Shown here piece after piece: positions 18,067-28,433 of a stretch of 64,000 bases of DNA (positions are counted from its first letter, which is position 1; each line of letters begins with the position of its first letter). The DNA is from Anaerolineae bacterium (GTDB lineage Bacteria; Chloroflexota; Anaerolineae; Promineifilales; Promineifilaceae). The stretch covers positions 4,198 through 68,197 of the forward strand of contig JAHCIO010000019.1 of assembly GCA_026129185.1 (NCBI GenBank), given 5' to 3'. Under the pieces are notes generated by a model. It was not told the origin of the DNA. It saw nothing but the letters and a program-made list of their open reading frames with translations, and made no database searches. Made by a program: the position numbers and the translations under genes.

Positions 18067-18657
18067 CTATTCCCCGCCCACCGTCCGCACGAAGTACGAC
18101 TTCGGCGGCAGGGCGCTGTTGCCGGCCGTCAGCAACAGCTGGAACAGCCGCGCCACGGGGGAGACGGCCACGGGCTGGACAGAGACGATCTCCAGGTCGG
18201 CGATGTCGCCGTCAACGGTGTAGCGTTCTTGCAGCGTCAGGCCCAGCGGCCGGCCGACGATGAGCGCGGCGACGACGGCCAGGATGGCCCCCGGCAGGGC
18301 GTTGAAGGCGGCGGTCAGGGAACGGCCGCGGTCGTCGCCGGGGGGCATGCGCCGCTGCTCCCAGGTCAGCGCCGCCTGCGCCGCCAGCGTGGCCAGCGTC
18401 GCCGTGGTCACCAGCACCGTGCCGCAGTTGGGGTGGACGGCCAGTTGCCGCTCGCCCGCCCGCAGCCGGCGCTGGGCCTCGGCCGCCGCCGCGCGCACCT
18501 CGTCGGGCGTCACCTCGCCATAGATGTTCAGGTGGAAGCCGCGGTGGTCGGAGTTGCCCTGGGCGCTGAAGCGCTTGTGGCTCTCCGAGAGGACGTGGAT
18601 GGTGGCGTGTTCCAGGCCGTGGTTGCGGCGGATGCGGTTGACGGTGCGGGTGATCAT
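18067..18657 (-). CDS. Conserved hypothetical protein (DUF6391-like)
   Basis: RIRRNHGLEHATIHVL..LAVHPNCGT motif; ATG at 18657. Confidence 0.7.
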   Translation of the reverse strand: MITRTVNRIRRNHGLEHATIHVLSESHKRFSAQGNSDHRGFHLNIYGEVTPDEVRAAAAEAQRRLRAGERQLAVHPNCGTVLVTTATLATLAAQAALTWEQRRMPPGDDRGRSLTAAFNALPGAILAVVAALIVGRPLGLTLQERYTVDGDIADLEIVSVQPVAVSPVARLFQLLLTAGNSALPPKSYFVRTVGGE

Positions 18658-18671
18658 CGTTGGGCCTCGGC

Positions 18672-19094
18672 CTAGCCGACCAGCTTGGCGTTGAGGACGA
18701 TCTCCGGCCCGCCTGCCAGCGCCTTGGACACAGGGCACTTGGCCTTGGCCTCGGCGGCGTACTCCTGGAAGGCGGCCTCGTCCAGCCCGGGCACGACCGC
18801 CTCTACGTCAAGGTTGATGCGCGCGATGGTCGGCCCGTCCTCCAGATGGACGGACGCCCGCGTGTCGATGGCGGTCGGGGGGACTTTGTTGCGCGTCAGG
18901 ATGGCGGCGAGGAACATGCTGTAGCAACCGGCGTGGGCCGCGCCGATCAGTTCTTCGGGGTTCGTGCCGCCGCCGTCGGCGAAGCGGTCGGCCCAGGTGT
19001 ATGGCCCCTCAAACGCGCCGCTCTCGACCTTCAACGTGCCCGCGCCTTCCTTCAACGTGCCCTGCCAGTGGGCATCTGCGTGACGAATCGACAT
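18672..19094 (-). CDS. osmC: OsmC-family peroxiredoxin
   Basis: GTNPEELIGAAHAGCYSM..AKAKCPVSKAL. Confidence 0.93.
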   Translation of the reverse strand: MSIRHADAHWQGTLKEGAGTLKVESGAFEGPYTWADRFADGGGTNPEELIGAAHAGCYSMFLAAILTRNKVPPTAIDTRASVHLEDGPTIARINLDVEAVVPGLDEAAFQEYAAEAKAKCPVSKALAGGPEIVLNAKLVG

Positions 19095-19204
19095 GAGTGA
19101 TAGACTCTCCTTTGATGGGATCGGGAGCGGCCGGCGGTTCCGGCCGCTGGGGGGATATTAGCAGACGTGGAGGGAATGGGGCAAACGGGGGGGAGTGGAC
19201 GCCC

Positions 19205-20572
19205 CTAGCGCGGTTGGCCCCGCCCGCCCGCCCGCCGCGCGCGCATGTTCTTGCCGCGGTAGCTGGGCGCTTCGATGACGAAGAAGGTGCAGCGGATGCC
19301 GTCGAGCATGCGCGAGGCCAGGCGCGGGTCGAGTTCTTCGATGGGCACGGCCGTGGTGATGACCGTGGGCAGGCGAGCGCTGTAGCGGTAGTTGAACAAC
19401 TGGTAGAGCTTCTCGCGCGCCCAGGCCGTGGCGCTCTCCGTGCCCAGGTCGTCGAGCACCAGGAAGGGGGCCGACTTGACCTCGTCGAAGCGCTTGTCCA
19501 GACGCACGTTGCTGCTGGGGTTGAATGTCGCCCGCAGGTGGTCGAGCAGGTCGGGCACGACGACGAAGAGCACCGGCTCGCCGGCGTTGGCGCGGGCGTT
19601 GGCGATGGCCGCGGCCAGGTGGGTCTTGCCGTTGCCATAGGCGACGCTGTTGAAGACGAGCCAATCCCGCGGCTCCTCAGAGAAGGCCACGGCCAGTTCC
19701 AGCGCCCGGCGCAGGTTCTCGCCCTGCGGCCGGGGCAGTTCGTTCTCGCGCAGGTCGAAGGTGTCGAAGGTCTTGTCGCCGTGCAGGTTCAGCGTCGAGA
19801 GGTCCGATTGCTCGTCGCCCACGCCGGCGCGGCGGAAGTCCGGCGCGGCGATGTGGACGATCTGCGCCAGGCTGGGATCGACCATGCGCGAGCGCACGCG
19901 AATCTCAATGGCCTCCAATTCCAGGTTGGTGGTGATGACCGTCGGGAGCTTGGCATTGTAGCGGTAGTTGAGGATCTGGTAGAGCTTCTCCTGCGCCCAC
20001 TCGCTGTTGGTCTGCGTGCCCAGGTCGTCGAGGATGAGCAGGGGGCTGTTGCGCACCTGGTCGAAGCGTTCGTCGTAGCTGACCGTGGACTCCGGGTTGA
20101 ACGTCGCCCGGAGGTGATCGAGCAGGTCAGGCGTGTTGACGAACAGCACCGGCTGCCCGTGGCTCAGACGGGCGTTGGCGATGGCCGCGGCCAGGTGGGT
20201 CTTGCCGCAGCCATAGCCGCCCTTCAGCACCAACCAGCCCACGGGCGCGGCGGAATAGGCCCGCGCGCTCTCGAAGGCCATGCGCAGGTTGCGCTGCTTG
20301 GTGGCGGTCATGCCGTGGCCGTCGGGGATGAAGCTCTCGAACGTGCAGTCGGCCAGCGCGCCGATCTGGCTCAGGCGCAGCAGGCCGTCGAGTTGGGCGG
20401 CCTGCTGCTCGGCGGCGCGGCAGACGCAGGCCACGGCGCGGCCGAAGCCGGGCTGCCCCGGGGCCACGTCGGGCATGACGTAGCCCAGCCCCTCGCAGAA
20501 GGGGCAGTCGGGCTTGCCAATGCCGCCGTCGTCGCGCTCGGCCGGCGGCTCAGCGCTGGACGATGTCGTCAT
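19205..20572 (-). CDS. DnaC/DnaI-like helicase-loader ATPase with two tandem IstB-like AAA+ modules
   Basis: N-terminal CPFC..CVC Zn motif; Walker A GGYGCGKT and AYGNGKT; two (L/V)LDDLG Walker B motifs. Start overlaps the dnaD stop. Confidence 0.85.
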   Translation of the reverse strand: MTTSSSAEPPAERDDGGIGKPDCPFCEGLGYVMPDVAPGQPGFGRAVACVCRAAEQQAAQLDGLLRLSQIGALADCTFESFIPDGHGMTATKQRNLRMAFESARAYSAAPVGWLVLKGGYGCGKTHLAAAIANARLSHGQPVLFVNTPDLLDHLRATFNPESTVSYDERFDQVRNSPLLILDDLGTQTNSEWAQEKLYQILNYRYNAKLPTVITTNLELEAIEIRVRSRMVDPSLAQIVHIAAPDFRRAGVGDEQSDLSTLNLHGDKTFDTFDLRENELPRPQGENLRRALELAVAFSEEPRDWLVFNSVAYGNGKTHLAAAIANARANAGEPVLFVVVPDLLDHLRATFNPSSNVRLDKRFDEVKSAPFLVLDDLGTESATAWAREKLYQLFNYRYSARLPTVITTAVPIEELDPRLASRMLDGIRCTFFVIEAPSYRGKNMRARRAGGRGQPR

Positions 20573-21278
20573 ACTCAGACGGGACTTGCCGTTGGAGGTT
20601 CCGTTGAGCATCTCGTTGACCCAGGGCATCCTTTCTCCCCTCCACGCGCCAGCGCTCCAGGATACTCTGGACATAGCGCCAGCGGCGAACGTTGTTGGTG
20701 ACGGCCAGCTTGATGGCCTCCTCGATCCAGCGCGGCGGGTAGGTCTTCTCCGCCTCGCGCAATTCGTCGGCGATCATCGGCGTCAGCGCGCCGATGTTCT
20801 GCTCATAGAGGACGAAGATATTGGGTCGCTCGATGAGCAGGGTGATGGGCTGCTCGTCGTCGGGCGAGGGCCGCCACTCGCCGCGGCTGATGCCCTCGAC
20901 GGCGGCGCGGCCCTTCTCAGTATTCAGGAAGTACAACTCCATCTGGCCGTCGCCGCCCTCCACCTCAACCTTCAGGAACGTGCCCCGCGCCAAGGCCCGC
21001 TCGATGCCGTCCAGCAGCGCATCGACGCCGCTCTGGATGCTGGCCTCGCCCATCGCCTTCAGCAGCAGCGGGTCGCTCATGAAGTCGGTCAGGCGCAGAT
21101 AGCGCACCGCGCCCTCGCGCTGGCCCAGCGCCCAGAAGGCATAGAGCGTCACCTTTAGCTCGGCCATGTGGTCGATGAGCGGCAGCAGGTCGCTGAAGAA
21201 CAGGTTGGGGATGGGCGTCGCCCGGCGCATGCCGTCGGGGAAGCCGGCGAAGCCCTGCATGGAAGTCCGTGTCGTCAT
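20550..21278 (-). CDS. DnaD-domain replication protein
   Basis: C-terminal NIFVLYEQNIGALTPMIADEL..WIEEAIKLAV..WRYVQSILERW (DnaD/DnaB_2 domain). Confidence 0.85.
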   Translation of the reverse strand: MTTRTSMQGFAGFPDGMRRATPIPNLFFSDLLPLIDHMAELKVTLYAFWALGQREGAVRYLRLTDFMSDPLLLKAMGEASIQSGVDALLDGIERALARGTFLKVEVEGGDGQMELYFLNTEKGRAAVEGISRGEWRPSPDDEQPITLLIERPNIFVLYEQNIGALTPMIADELREAEKTYPPRWIEEAIKLAVTNNVRRWRYVQSILERWRVEGRKDALGQRDAQRNLQRQVPSEYDDIVQR

Positions 21279-21289
21279 GGCGTCCTCTT

Positions 21290-21370
21290 GTAGGGCGGGT
21301 TCGTAACCCGCCCTCTACCGCTTGTCGATGAAAATTGCGAAGCAGGGGCGGGTTGCCAACCCACCCTACA
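21290..21370. repeat. Two REP-like palindromes (GTAGGGCGGGTT..AACCCGCCC..TAC family)
   Basis: Hairpins at 21290-21318 and 21345-21370. Confidence 0.7.
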
Positions 21371-22709
21371 ACTCTATCTCCTGCCGATGCAAATTGCGGA
21401 AGGTGGCCAGCTTGCCATGCCAGAACAGGTCAATCGAGCCGGTGGGGCCGTTGCGGTGTTTGGCGACGCTGATTTCGGCGATGTTCGGCCGCTCGGAACT
21501 GTCGGGATTATAGTAATCGTCGCGGTAGATGAACATGACGACGTCGGCATCTTGTTCGATACTACCAGAGTCGCGCAAGTCCGACAGCTGCGGCCGCTTG
21601 TTCTGCCGGCTCTCGACGGCGCGGCTGAGCTGCGCCGCGGCCAACACGGGCACGTCCAACTCGCGGGCCAGCCCCTTCAGTTCGCGCGAGATCTCGCTGA
21701 CTTCCTGCACGCGGTTGCTGCTGGGGTGCTCGGCCTGCATGAGCTGGAGGTAGTCGATCATCACCAAGTCCAGCCCGTGCTCGGCGTAGAGACGGCGGCA
21801 CTTGGTGCGCAGTTGCATGGGCGAGATGGAGGGCGTGTCGTCGATGTAGATGCGCGTCTCCGACAGGCGGCCGAGCGCCTCCAGGAAGATGCCCCACTCG
21901 TGGTCGGCTAGATCGCCGCGCCGCAGCCGCTGCGAGTCGATGCGCGTCTCGGCGGCGATCATACGCTGCAACAGCTGCTCGCCCGACATTTCCAGGTTGA
22001 ACATGGCCACGCGCTTGTCATAGCGGCGGGCGGCGTTGAGGGCGATGGCGATCTCCAGCGCCGTCTTGCCCATGCCCGGCCGGGCGGCGATGATGACCAG
22101 GTCGGACTTGTTCAGCCCGCTCAGCATCCGGTCCAACTCGATGAAGCCGGTGGGGATGCCGATGAACTCGTCGCCCCGCTCGCGCAATAGCTCCATCCGC
22201 TCCAGGTAGTCGGCGGCGATGTCGCGGACGGGCTGGAGGTCGCGCGTGGTGCGCTGCTCGCTGATGCTGAACAGGGTGTGCTCGGAGCGGTCGAGGACGA
22301 CGTTGATGTCCTCGGCCTCGTTATAGGCCAGCTTGGCGATGGAACCGGCGGCCAGGATGAGTTTGCGGCGAATGGCGGCGGCCTCAACCATGCGGCCGTA
22401 GGCCTCAACGTTGATGGAGGTCGGCACGGCGTTGAGCAGGCTGATGACGACGCCCTCGCCGCCGATCTCCTCCAGCCGCTCGCGGCGGCGCAATTCCTCA
22501 ATGAGCGTCACCACATCCAGCGGCACGCGCTGGTCGCTAAGGGCCAGCATGGCCTCATAGACCCAGCGGTTGGGCGCGCGGTAGAAGGCGTCGGCCTTCA
22601 GGAAGTTGGAGACCTCGAAGAGCGAATCGGGGTCGATGAGCAGCGAGCCGAGGACGGCCTCCTCCGCTTCGATGCTATGGGGTGGTAGACGTTCTTCTAT
22701 CGTGTCCAT
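21366..22709 (-). CDS. dnaB: Replicative DNA helicase
   Basis: PPHSIEAEEAVLG, AARPGMGKT, LVMIDYLQL, SDLRDSGSIEQDAD, KHRNGPTG. Confidence 0.97.
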   Translation of the reverse strand: MDTIEERLPPHSIEAEEAVLGSLLIDPDSLFEVSNFLKADAFYRAPNRWVYEAMLALSDQRVPLDVVTLIEELRRRERLEEIGGEGVVISLLNAVPTSINVEAYGRMVEAAAIRRKLILAAGSIAKLAYNEAEDINVVLDRSEHTLFSISEQRTTRDLQPVRDIAADYLERMELLRERGDEFIGIPTGFIELDRMLSGLNKSDLVIIAARPGMGKTALEIAIALNAARRYDKRVAMFNLEMSGEQLLQRMIAAETRIDSQRLRRGDLADHEWGIFLEALGRLSETRIYIDDTPSISPMQLRTKCRRLYAEHGLDLVMIDYLQLMQAEHPSSNRVQEVSEISRELKGLARELDVPVLAAAQLSRAVESRQNKRPQLSDLRDSGSIEQDADVVMFIYRDDYYNPDSSERPNIAEISVAKHRNGPTGSIDLFWHGKLATFRNLHRQEIEL

Positions 22710-22728
22710 TGCCGCCCTCTCTGGGGCC

Positions 22729-22762
22729 AAACGAAAACGTGAAACGGCTTCCGTTTCACGTT
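22729..22762 (-). terminator. 12-bp hairpin with weak U-tract between the nuclease gene and dnaB
   Basis: AACGTGAAACGG/CCGTTTCACGTT followed by TTCGTTT on the minus strand. Confidence 0.45.
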
Positions 22763-22822
22763 CACTGCGAACCGCGAGGTTCGGTTAGCCGGCTGCGATT
22801 CAACCGTCGGCGCGTTGCCTTG

Positions 22823-23356
22823 TCAGGAACGGTCGCTCTCGTCAAAATCGTCGAAATCGAGCGTGTCCAGGAAGTCGCTGAAGGCATCGAGCTTGCCGAC
22901 ATCGGCCGCCTCGCCGCCTTGCTGGCTCTGGGCCGCTTCCTGCAAGTCCGGCTCCGGCTCCACGCCGGCCACATCCATGACCTCCTCGGCGATGAAGATA
23001 GGCACCTTGGCGCGCACGGCCAGGGCGATGGCATCGGACGGACGGCAATCGATCTCGCGCGGCTCCCGTTCACCGGTGATGTTGATGAACAGCCGGGCAT
23101 GGAAGACGCTCTCGTTCAGTTCCTTGATGAGGACGTGCGAGACCGTGCCGCCCAACTCGGTGATGACGTTCTTGAGCAAGTCCTGGGTGAGGGGACGCGC
23201 CACCTTGACATCCTGCAACTCGATGGTGATGGCGTCGGCCTCGCAGGGGCCGATCCAGATGGGCAGTTGGCGATCGCTGTCCACCTCGCGCAAGAGCACG
23301 ATACGGTGTTGAGATACCAGACTGATACGGATGCTGTCGATCACAACCTCGATCAT
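22823..23356 (-). CDS. Bifunctional nuclease family protein (DUF151)
   Basis: LPIWIGPCEA, RPLTQDLL, IDCRPSDAIALA. Confidence 0.92.
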   Translation of the reverse strand: MIEVVIDSIRISLVSQHRIVLLREVDSDRQLPIWIGPCEADAITIELQDVKVARPLTQDLLKNVITELGGTVSHVLIKELNESVFHARLFINITGEREPREIDCRPSDAIALAVRAKVPIFIAEEVMDVAGVEPEPDLQEAAQSQQGGEAADVGKLDAFSDFLDTLDFDDFDESDRS

Positions 23357-23441
23357 GGGCCGTCCCTCAGTTTACGGATAGTGCGCGCCGCGGCGCGGAG
23401 CCAGGATTTTGAGGGGATTGTAGCACAGAATGGGCCAGGGG

Positions 23442-25211
23442 CTAATGGGACAAGATGACCCAGTTCTGGCCGCGCATTTCCATGACGAGGTTCTTCAGGC
23501 GCGGGTCGGGGGCCTGGGTGGCCGTGGCGCGGGCGGTCGCGCCGGCCAGATCGACGGCGTGCAGCTCGTAGCCGTACTCGGCCGCGGCGCGAACGATGCC
23601 CAGATAGCTGGCGGCCATCGGGTCGATGATCGTCCCGTCGCGGTCGAGGATGTCCTCCACGCTGTCGAGGATGACGTTGGCGCGGCTGTAGTCGCCGGCG
23701 CGCATAGACGTGTCGGCGGCGATGAGCATCACCTCCAGGGTGACGTTCATCTCCGTCTCCGGCCGGCGGGTCAGGTCGGCCGGGTTGCCGAACTCGCGCA
23801 CCTCCGTCGGGTGGGGCAGCCAGGCATTCAGATAGTGGGCCGTGGGGTCATAGAGGGCCTGATAGCGCCGGGCGATGTCGTAGTAGCGGATGGTGGTCTG
23901 CAAGTCGTCGATGGCCACGGCCGGCGGCGGGTTGCTCTTCAGCCCGGTCAGCCAGTCACTTTCGGCCTGGGCCAGGGTAATGCCGTAGTAGCGCTGCAAG
24001 TTGGCATCGACGGCAGCCGAGAGCGTCGGCCCGTCGTCGGCGGAGACATCGCTGTAGAACTCCTTGAAGGTGCCCCAGCCGGCGCGGTCGATCAGGTAGG
24101 TCACGAAGCCGCCTGCTTCCAGATAGCCGATCTCGTGCTGCACCGGGTAGAAGTCGTCGATGAGCTGGGCCAGGGGCACGTTACGCTGCATAGCCACCAG
24201 CGCCGCCGCGCGTTGTGTCAGGTCTTCGGGCTTGTAGTGGCCGCCGCTGGCCCACACGGCCAGCCCTTCGGCCATGAAGGAGATGCGGCGGGGGGCGAAC
24301 TGCTGGTCGAGGATGTGGGTGGCCTCGTGGACGAGCAGTTCGTAGACGCCGCCGCCGGCATACTGCCGGTCGGCGTAGGACACAACCATGTCGGCCCCGG
24401 CAAAGCCGCCCTGGCCCACGACGCGGTCGATCAGGTAAACGTTGATCTTCTGGCTGGGCTGGACGGTCAGGCGGTCGGCGGCCTGCCCCACGGCGGCCTC
24501 CAGTTGCGGCAGCAGCGTGTCCAGGTCGCGAGCCGCGGCCGTGTCGCTGACGACGTGAACGATGCAGCAGTTGATCTCGGCCGTCTGCCAGGTGGCGGCC
24601 ACGTCGAGCGCCGCCTGCCCAGAGGCCACTTCGACGGTCGTCGTCATCGTCACGCGGTTGTTGCCGGCGTCCTCGTCGTTGGTCTGGATGGCGTCACTGG
24701 GGTCGAGGACGACCTCGATGGTGTGGTCGCCGGCCAGCCCGGTCGTGTCCCAGGCCCACTCGTAGACGCCCTCGGCCTGGCCGTTCCAGTTGCGCCGGTC
24801 GAGCGGCCCGCCGGCCACCTGCTGTCCATCAACGTAGATGGCGGCGCTGACGTCGCTGACGTTGATCGCTTCGGGCACGTGGGGCAAGAGCTGGAAAGTG
24901 ACCTTGTCGCCGGCATAGACGACGGACACGGGGTAGAGAAAGATGTCGGCGGCGTCGATGGCCAGGTCGTTGGCGACGATGTGGGCCGGGCCGCCGGTGG
25001 GCGAAGGCAGGAGGATGGTCGTGGGCGAGGCGACCGGCGCGGTGGTTGGCTCGGCGGTGGGGATGATGAGCTGGGTGGTCGGCGCGGACGGAGCCTGGGT
25101 AGGCGCGACGACAGCCGCGGTTGACGGCAGTGTGTCGGCGGCTGTCTGGCGACCACAGGCCGCCAGGAACATCACGGACGCGACAAGCAGGAAAGACGCA
25201 ATGCGCTGCAT
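23442..25211 (-). CDS. Lipoprotein with Ig/CARDB-like domain and HExxH zinc-peptidase-like domain
   Basis: Lipobox LAAC, Pro/Thr linker, DPSDAI..DAGNN motif, HEATH followed by MAEGLA. Confidence 0.7.
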   Translation of the reverse strand: MQRIASFLLVASVMFLAACGRQTAADTLPSTAAVVAPTQAPSAPTTQLIIPTAEPTTAPVASPTTILLPSPTGGPAHIVANDLAIDAADIFLYPVSVVYAGDKVTFQLLPHVPEAINVSDVSAAIYVDGQQVAGGPLDRRNWNGQAEGVYEWAWDTTGLAGDHTIEVVLDPSDAIQTNDEDAGNNRVTMTTTVEVASGQAALDVAATWQTAEINCCIVHVVSDTAAARDLDTLLPQLEAAVGQAADRLTVQPSQKINVYLIDRVVGQGGFAGADMVVSYADRQYAGGGVYELLVHEATHILDQQFAPRRISFMAEGLAVWASGGHYKPEDLTQRAAALVAMQRNVPLAQLIDDFYPVQHEIGYLEAGGFVTYLIDRAGWGTFKEFYSDVSADDGPTLSAAVDANLQRYYGITLAQAESDWLTGLKSNPPPAVAIDDLQTTIRYYDIARRYQALYDPTAHYLNAWLPHPTEVREFGNPADLTRRPETEMNVTLEVMLIAADTSMRAGDYSRANVILDSVEDILDRDGTIIDPMAASYLGIVRAAAEYGYELHAVDLAGATARATATQAPDPRLKNLVMEMRGQNWVILSH

Positions 25212-25512
25212 TGAATGCGACTGTAATTGAAATCCGCGAATACGACCGAACGCCACGGCTATTTCTACTCTACTGCTGCTATTCTATCGACCGACGATAG
25301 GCAATTCTGCCGGACAAGTGGGATGTTCACCGAGTCTTAACCTGTTAGCGGGCCATGCTGACGGCGCGACACCGCTCCTACCCAAGCTGGCAAATGGTGT
25401 ATAATTCCGCGCTTACCATTTTAGCACAATCAGGTGCGGCGTTGAAGGGGCTTGGCCGGGGTGGTCGCTGGCTCGTGTGCGCCGCGCCATACCAACAACG
25501 CAGGAGTTGAAC

Positions 25513-26754
<1,242 letters not shown>

Positions 26755-26788
26755 GCGCGGTTCGCTGACCGGCAGATGATGAAGAAGG

Positions 26789-26830
26789 CTTAACAGCACC
26801 GGCGGACATCAGTCCGCCGGTGCTGTTAAG
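26789..26830. repeat. Perfect 19-bp hairpin (REP-like or terminator) after icd
   Basis: CTTAACAGCACCGGCGGAC-ATCA-GTCCGCCGGTGCTGTTAAG. Confidence 0.7.
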
Positions 26831-26974
26831 TTGGGGGCGTATGACGGCCAGCGCGCGTCCGGGAGCGTGCTTAAGCGCATAGCGGTCGGTGGAGTGTAGA
26901 CCGACCTGAGCCTTTGGCATGAGCGTCCTCACGACCACTGGTATCAGCCAGGTGTTAGAGCTATACTGAGAATT

Positions 26975-27253
26975 GTGGAGTTCGAATGGGATCCCGGCAA
27001 AGCAGAAGTCAACCTGCGCAAGCACGGCGTGTCCTTCGCTGAGGCTGCAACGGTGTTGGCCGACCCACTCTCAATTACAGCCTCCGATCCCGACCACTCC
27101 CGTGTAGAGGAACGTTTTATTACCGTCGGCATGTCTTTCAACCACCGCCTGTTGCTCGTGGCTCATACTGAGCGAGGAAAGACCATCCGGATCATCAGTG
27201 CTCGCGAATTGACTTCCACCGAACGAACGACTTATGAAAGCGGAAACTTCTGA
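26975..27253 (+). CDS. BrnT-family toxin
   Basis: FEWDPGKAEVNLRKHGVSF..EERF..G..LLLVAHTERG..IRIISAR. Confidence 0.92.
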   Translation: MEFEWDPGKAEVNLRKHGVSFAEAATVLADPLSITASDPDHSRVEERFITVGMSFNHRLLLVAHTERGKTIRIISARELTSTERTTYESGNF

Positions 27254-27470
27254 TCCCAATGATGATCTCCGACCCGAATACGATCTGACGACGTTGCTGA
27301 AGGACGGTGTACGTGGCAAGTATGCTGCGGCGTTTGCCCGGGGCACGAACCTTGTCTTGCTGGCCCCCGACGTGGCGCAAGCTTTCCCCACCGAAGCGTC
27401 CGTCAACGAAGCCTTACGGCTGGTCATGCGTCTGGCCGAGTTGCCCGTCTCACCGGCCAGTTCTCGCTAA
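27234..27470 (+). CDS. BrnA-like antitoxin
   Basis: Overlaps the brnT 3' end; LRPEYDL..GVRGKY..LAPDVAQAFP..SVNEALR. Confidence 0.8.
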   Translation: MKAETSDPNDDLRPEYDLTTLLKDGVRGKYAAAFARGTNLVLLAPDVAQAFPTEASVNEALRLVMRLAELPVSPASSR

Positions 27471-27558
27471 GCCGATCTCTACACCGTCCAATCCCGATAG
27501 CCGCGTAGAATCCATGGCGGAGGCGCTCTCGGTCAGCGTCTCTGCTATTATTCGTTTC

Positions 27559-28374
27559 ATGCTGCAACCTCTCCCCCTCCTAACCATCGCCGGCTCCGAC
27601 TCCGGCGGCGCGGCCGGGGCGCAGGCCGACCTGAAGACCTGGGCCGCGCTGGGAGCCTATGGCATGAGCGCCCTCACTGCCGTCACGGCGCAGAACAGCG
27701 TGCTTGTGCAACAAGTCCACTTCCTGCCGCCGGAGATGGTCGCCGCGCAGATCGACGCCGTGCTGTCCGACTACGGCGCGGCGGCGATCAAGACCGGCTT
27801 CCTCGGCCGCGTGGAGATCATCGAAGTCGTGGCCGACCGCCTGGCATATTGGTGTAGGGGCGGGTCTGAGACCCGCCCCTACATTGTGATCGACCCGGTG
27901 CTGGTGAACCATCGCGGCGAGGCGATGTTTGGGCCGGACGTGGCCGACGCCTATCGCCGGTGGCTGCTGCCGTTGGCCGACCTGGTGACGCCCAATGCGG
28001 CCGAGGCGCGGCTGCTGGGGCTAGGCGAGGACGAGCAGGGAAGCGGGGGAGCGGGGGAGCAGGGGAGCCAGAGCGTGGCGGCGCGCGTGTTGATCAAAGG
28101 GGCCAGACGGTCGGACAGCGAGATCGTCGACGTCTATTGGGACGGAGCGCGGCGCGTGGAACTGCCGCAAGTGCTCATCGACACGACCAACACCCACGGC
28201 AGCGGCGATACGCTCTCGGCCGCCGTCTGCGCCTTCCGCGCCGCGGGCCACGACTGGCCGGAGGCCATCCACCGGGCGCAGGCCTTTACCCATGCCGCCC
28301 TCCGGCGCGGGGCAGGCTGGCGGCTGGGCGCGGGCCACGGGCCGCTGGGCCACGCGCCCGCCGAAAGCGCTTGA
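27559..28374 (+). CDS. thiD: Hydroxymethylpyrimidine/phosphomethylpyrimidine kinase
   Basis: LTIAGSDSGGAAGAQADLKT, TAVTAQN, IKTG, DPV, TPN, THGSGDTLSAA. Confidence 0.92.
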   Translation: MLQPLPLLTIAGSDSGGAAGAQADLKTWAALGAYGMSALTAVTAQNSVLVQQVHFLPPEMVAAQIDAVLSDYGAAAIKTGFLGRVEIIEVVADRLAYWCRGGSETRPYIVIDPVLVNHRGEAMFGPDVADAYRRWLLPLADLVTPNAAEARLLGLGEDEQGSGGAGEQGSQSVAARVLIKGARRSDSEIVDVYWDGARRVELPQVLIDTTNTHGSGDTLSAAVCAFRAAGHDWPEAIHRAQAFTHAALRRGAGWRLGAGHGPLGHAPAESA

Positions 28375-28422
28375 CGCTGCCCGTGACCTCTGGTATTCTC
28401 CCATCATTCAAAACATTTTGAA
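28371..28422 (+). promoter_or_regulatory. Promoter (TTGACG-17-TATTCT) with downstream operator palindrome TTCAAAA-CA-TTTTGAA
   Basis: Direct motif match immediately upstream of a GbsR/MarR regulator. Confidence 0.65.
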
Positions 28423-28433
28423 CGTTGGGTACT

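Noticed and set aside
19205-20572. IS21 IstB interpretation of the tandem AAA protein
   Set aside because: No IstA transposase or TIRs; it is coupled to dnaD/dnaB.
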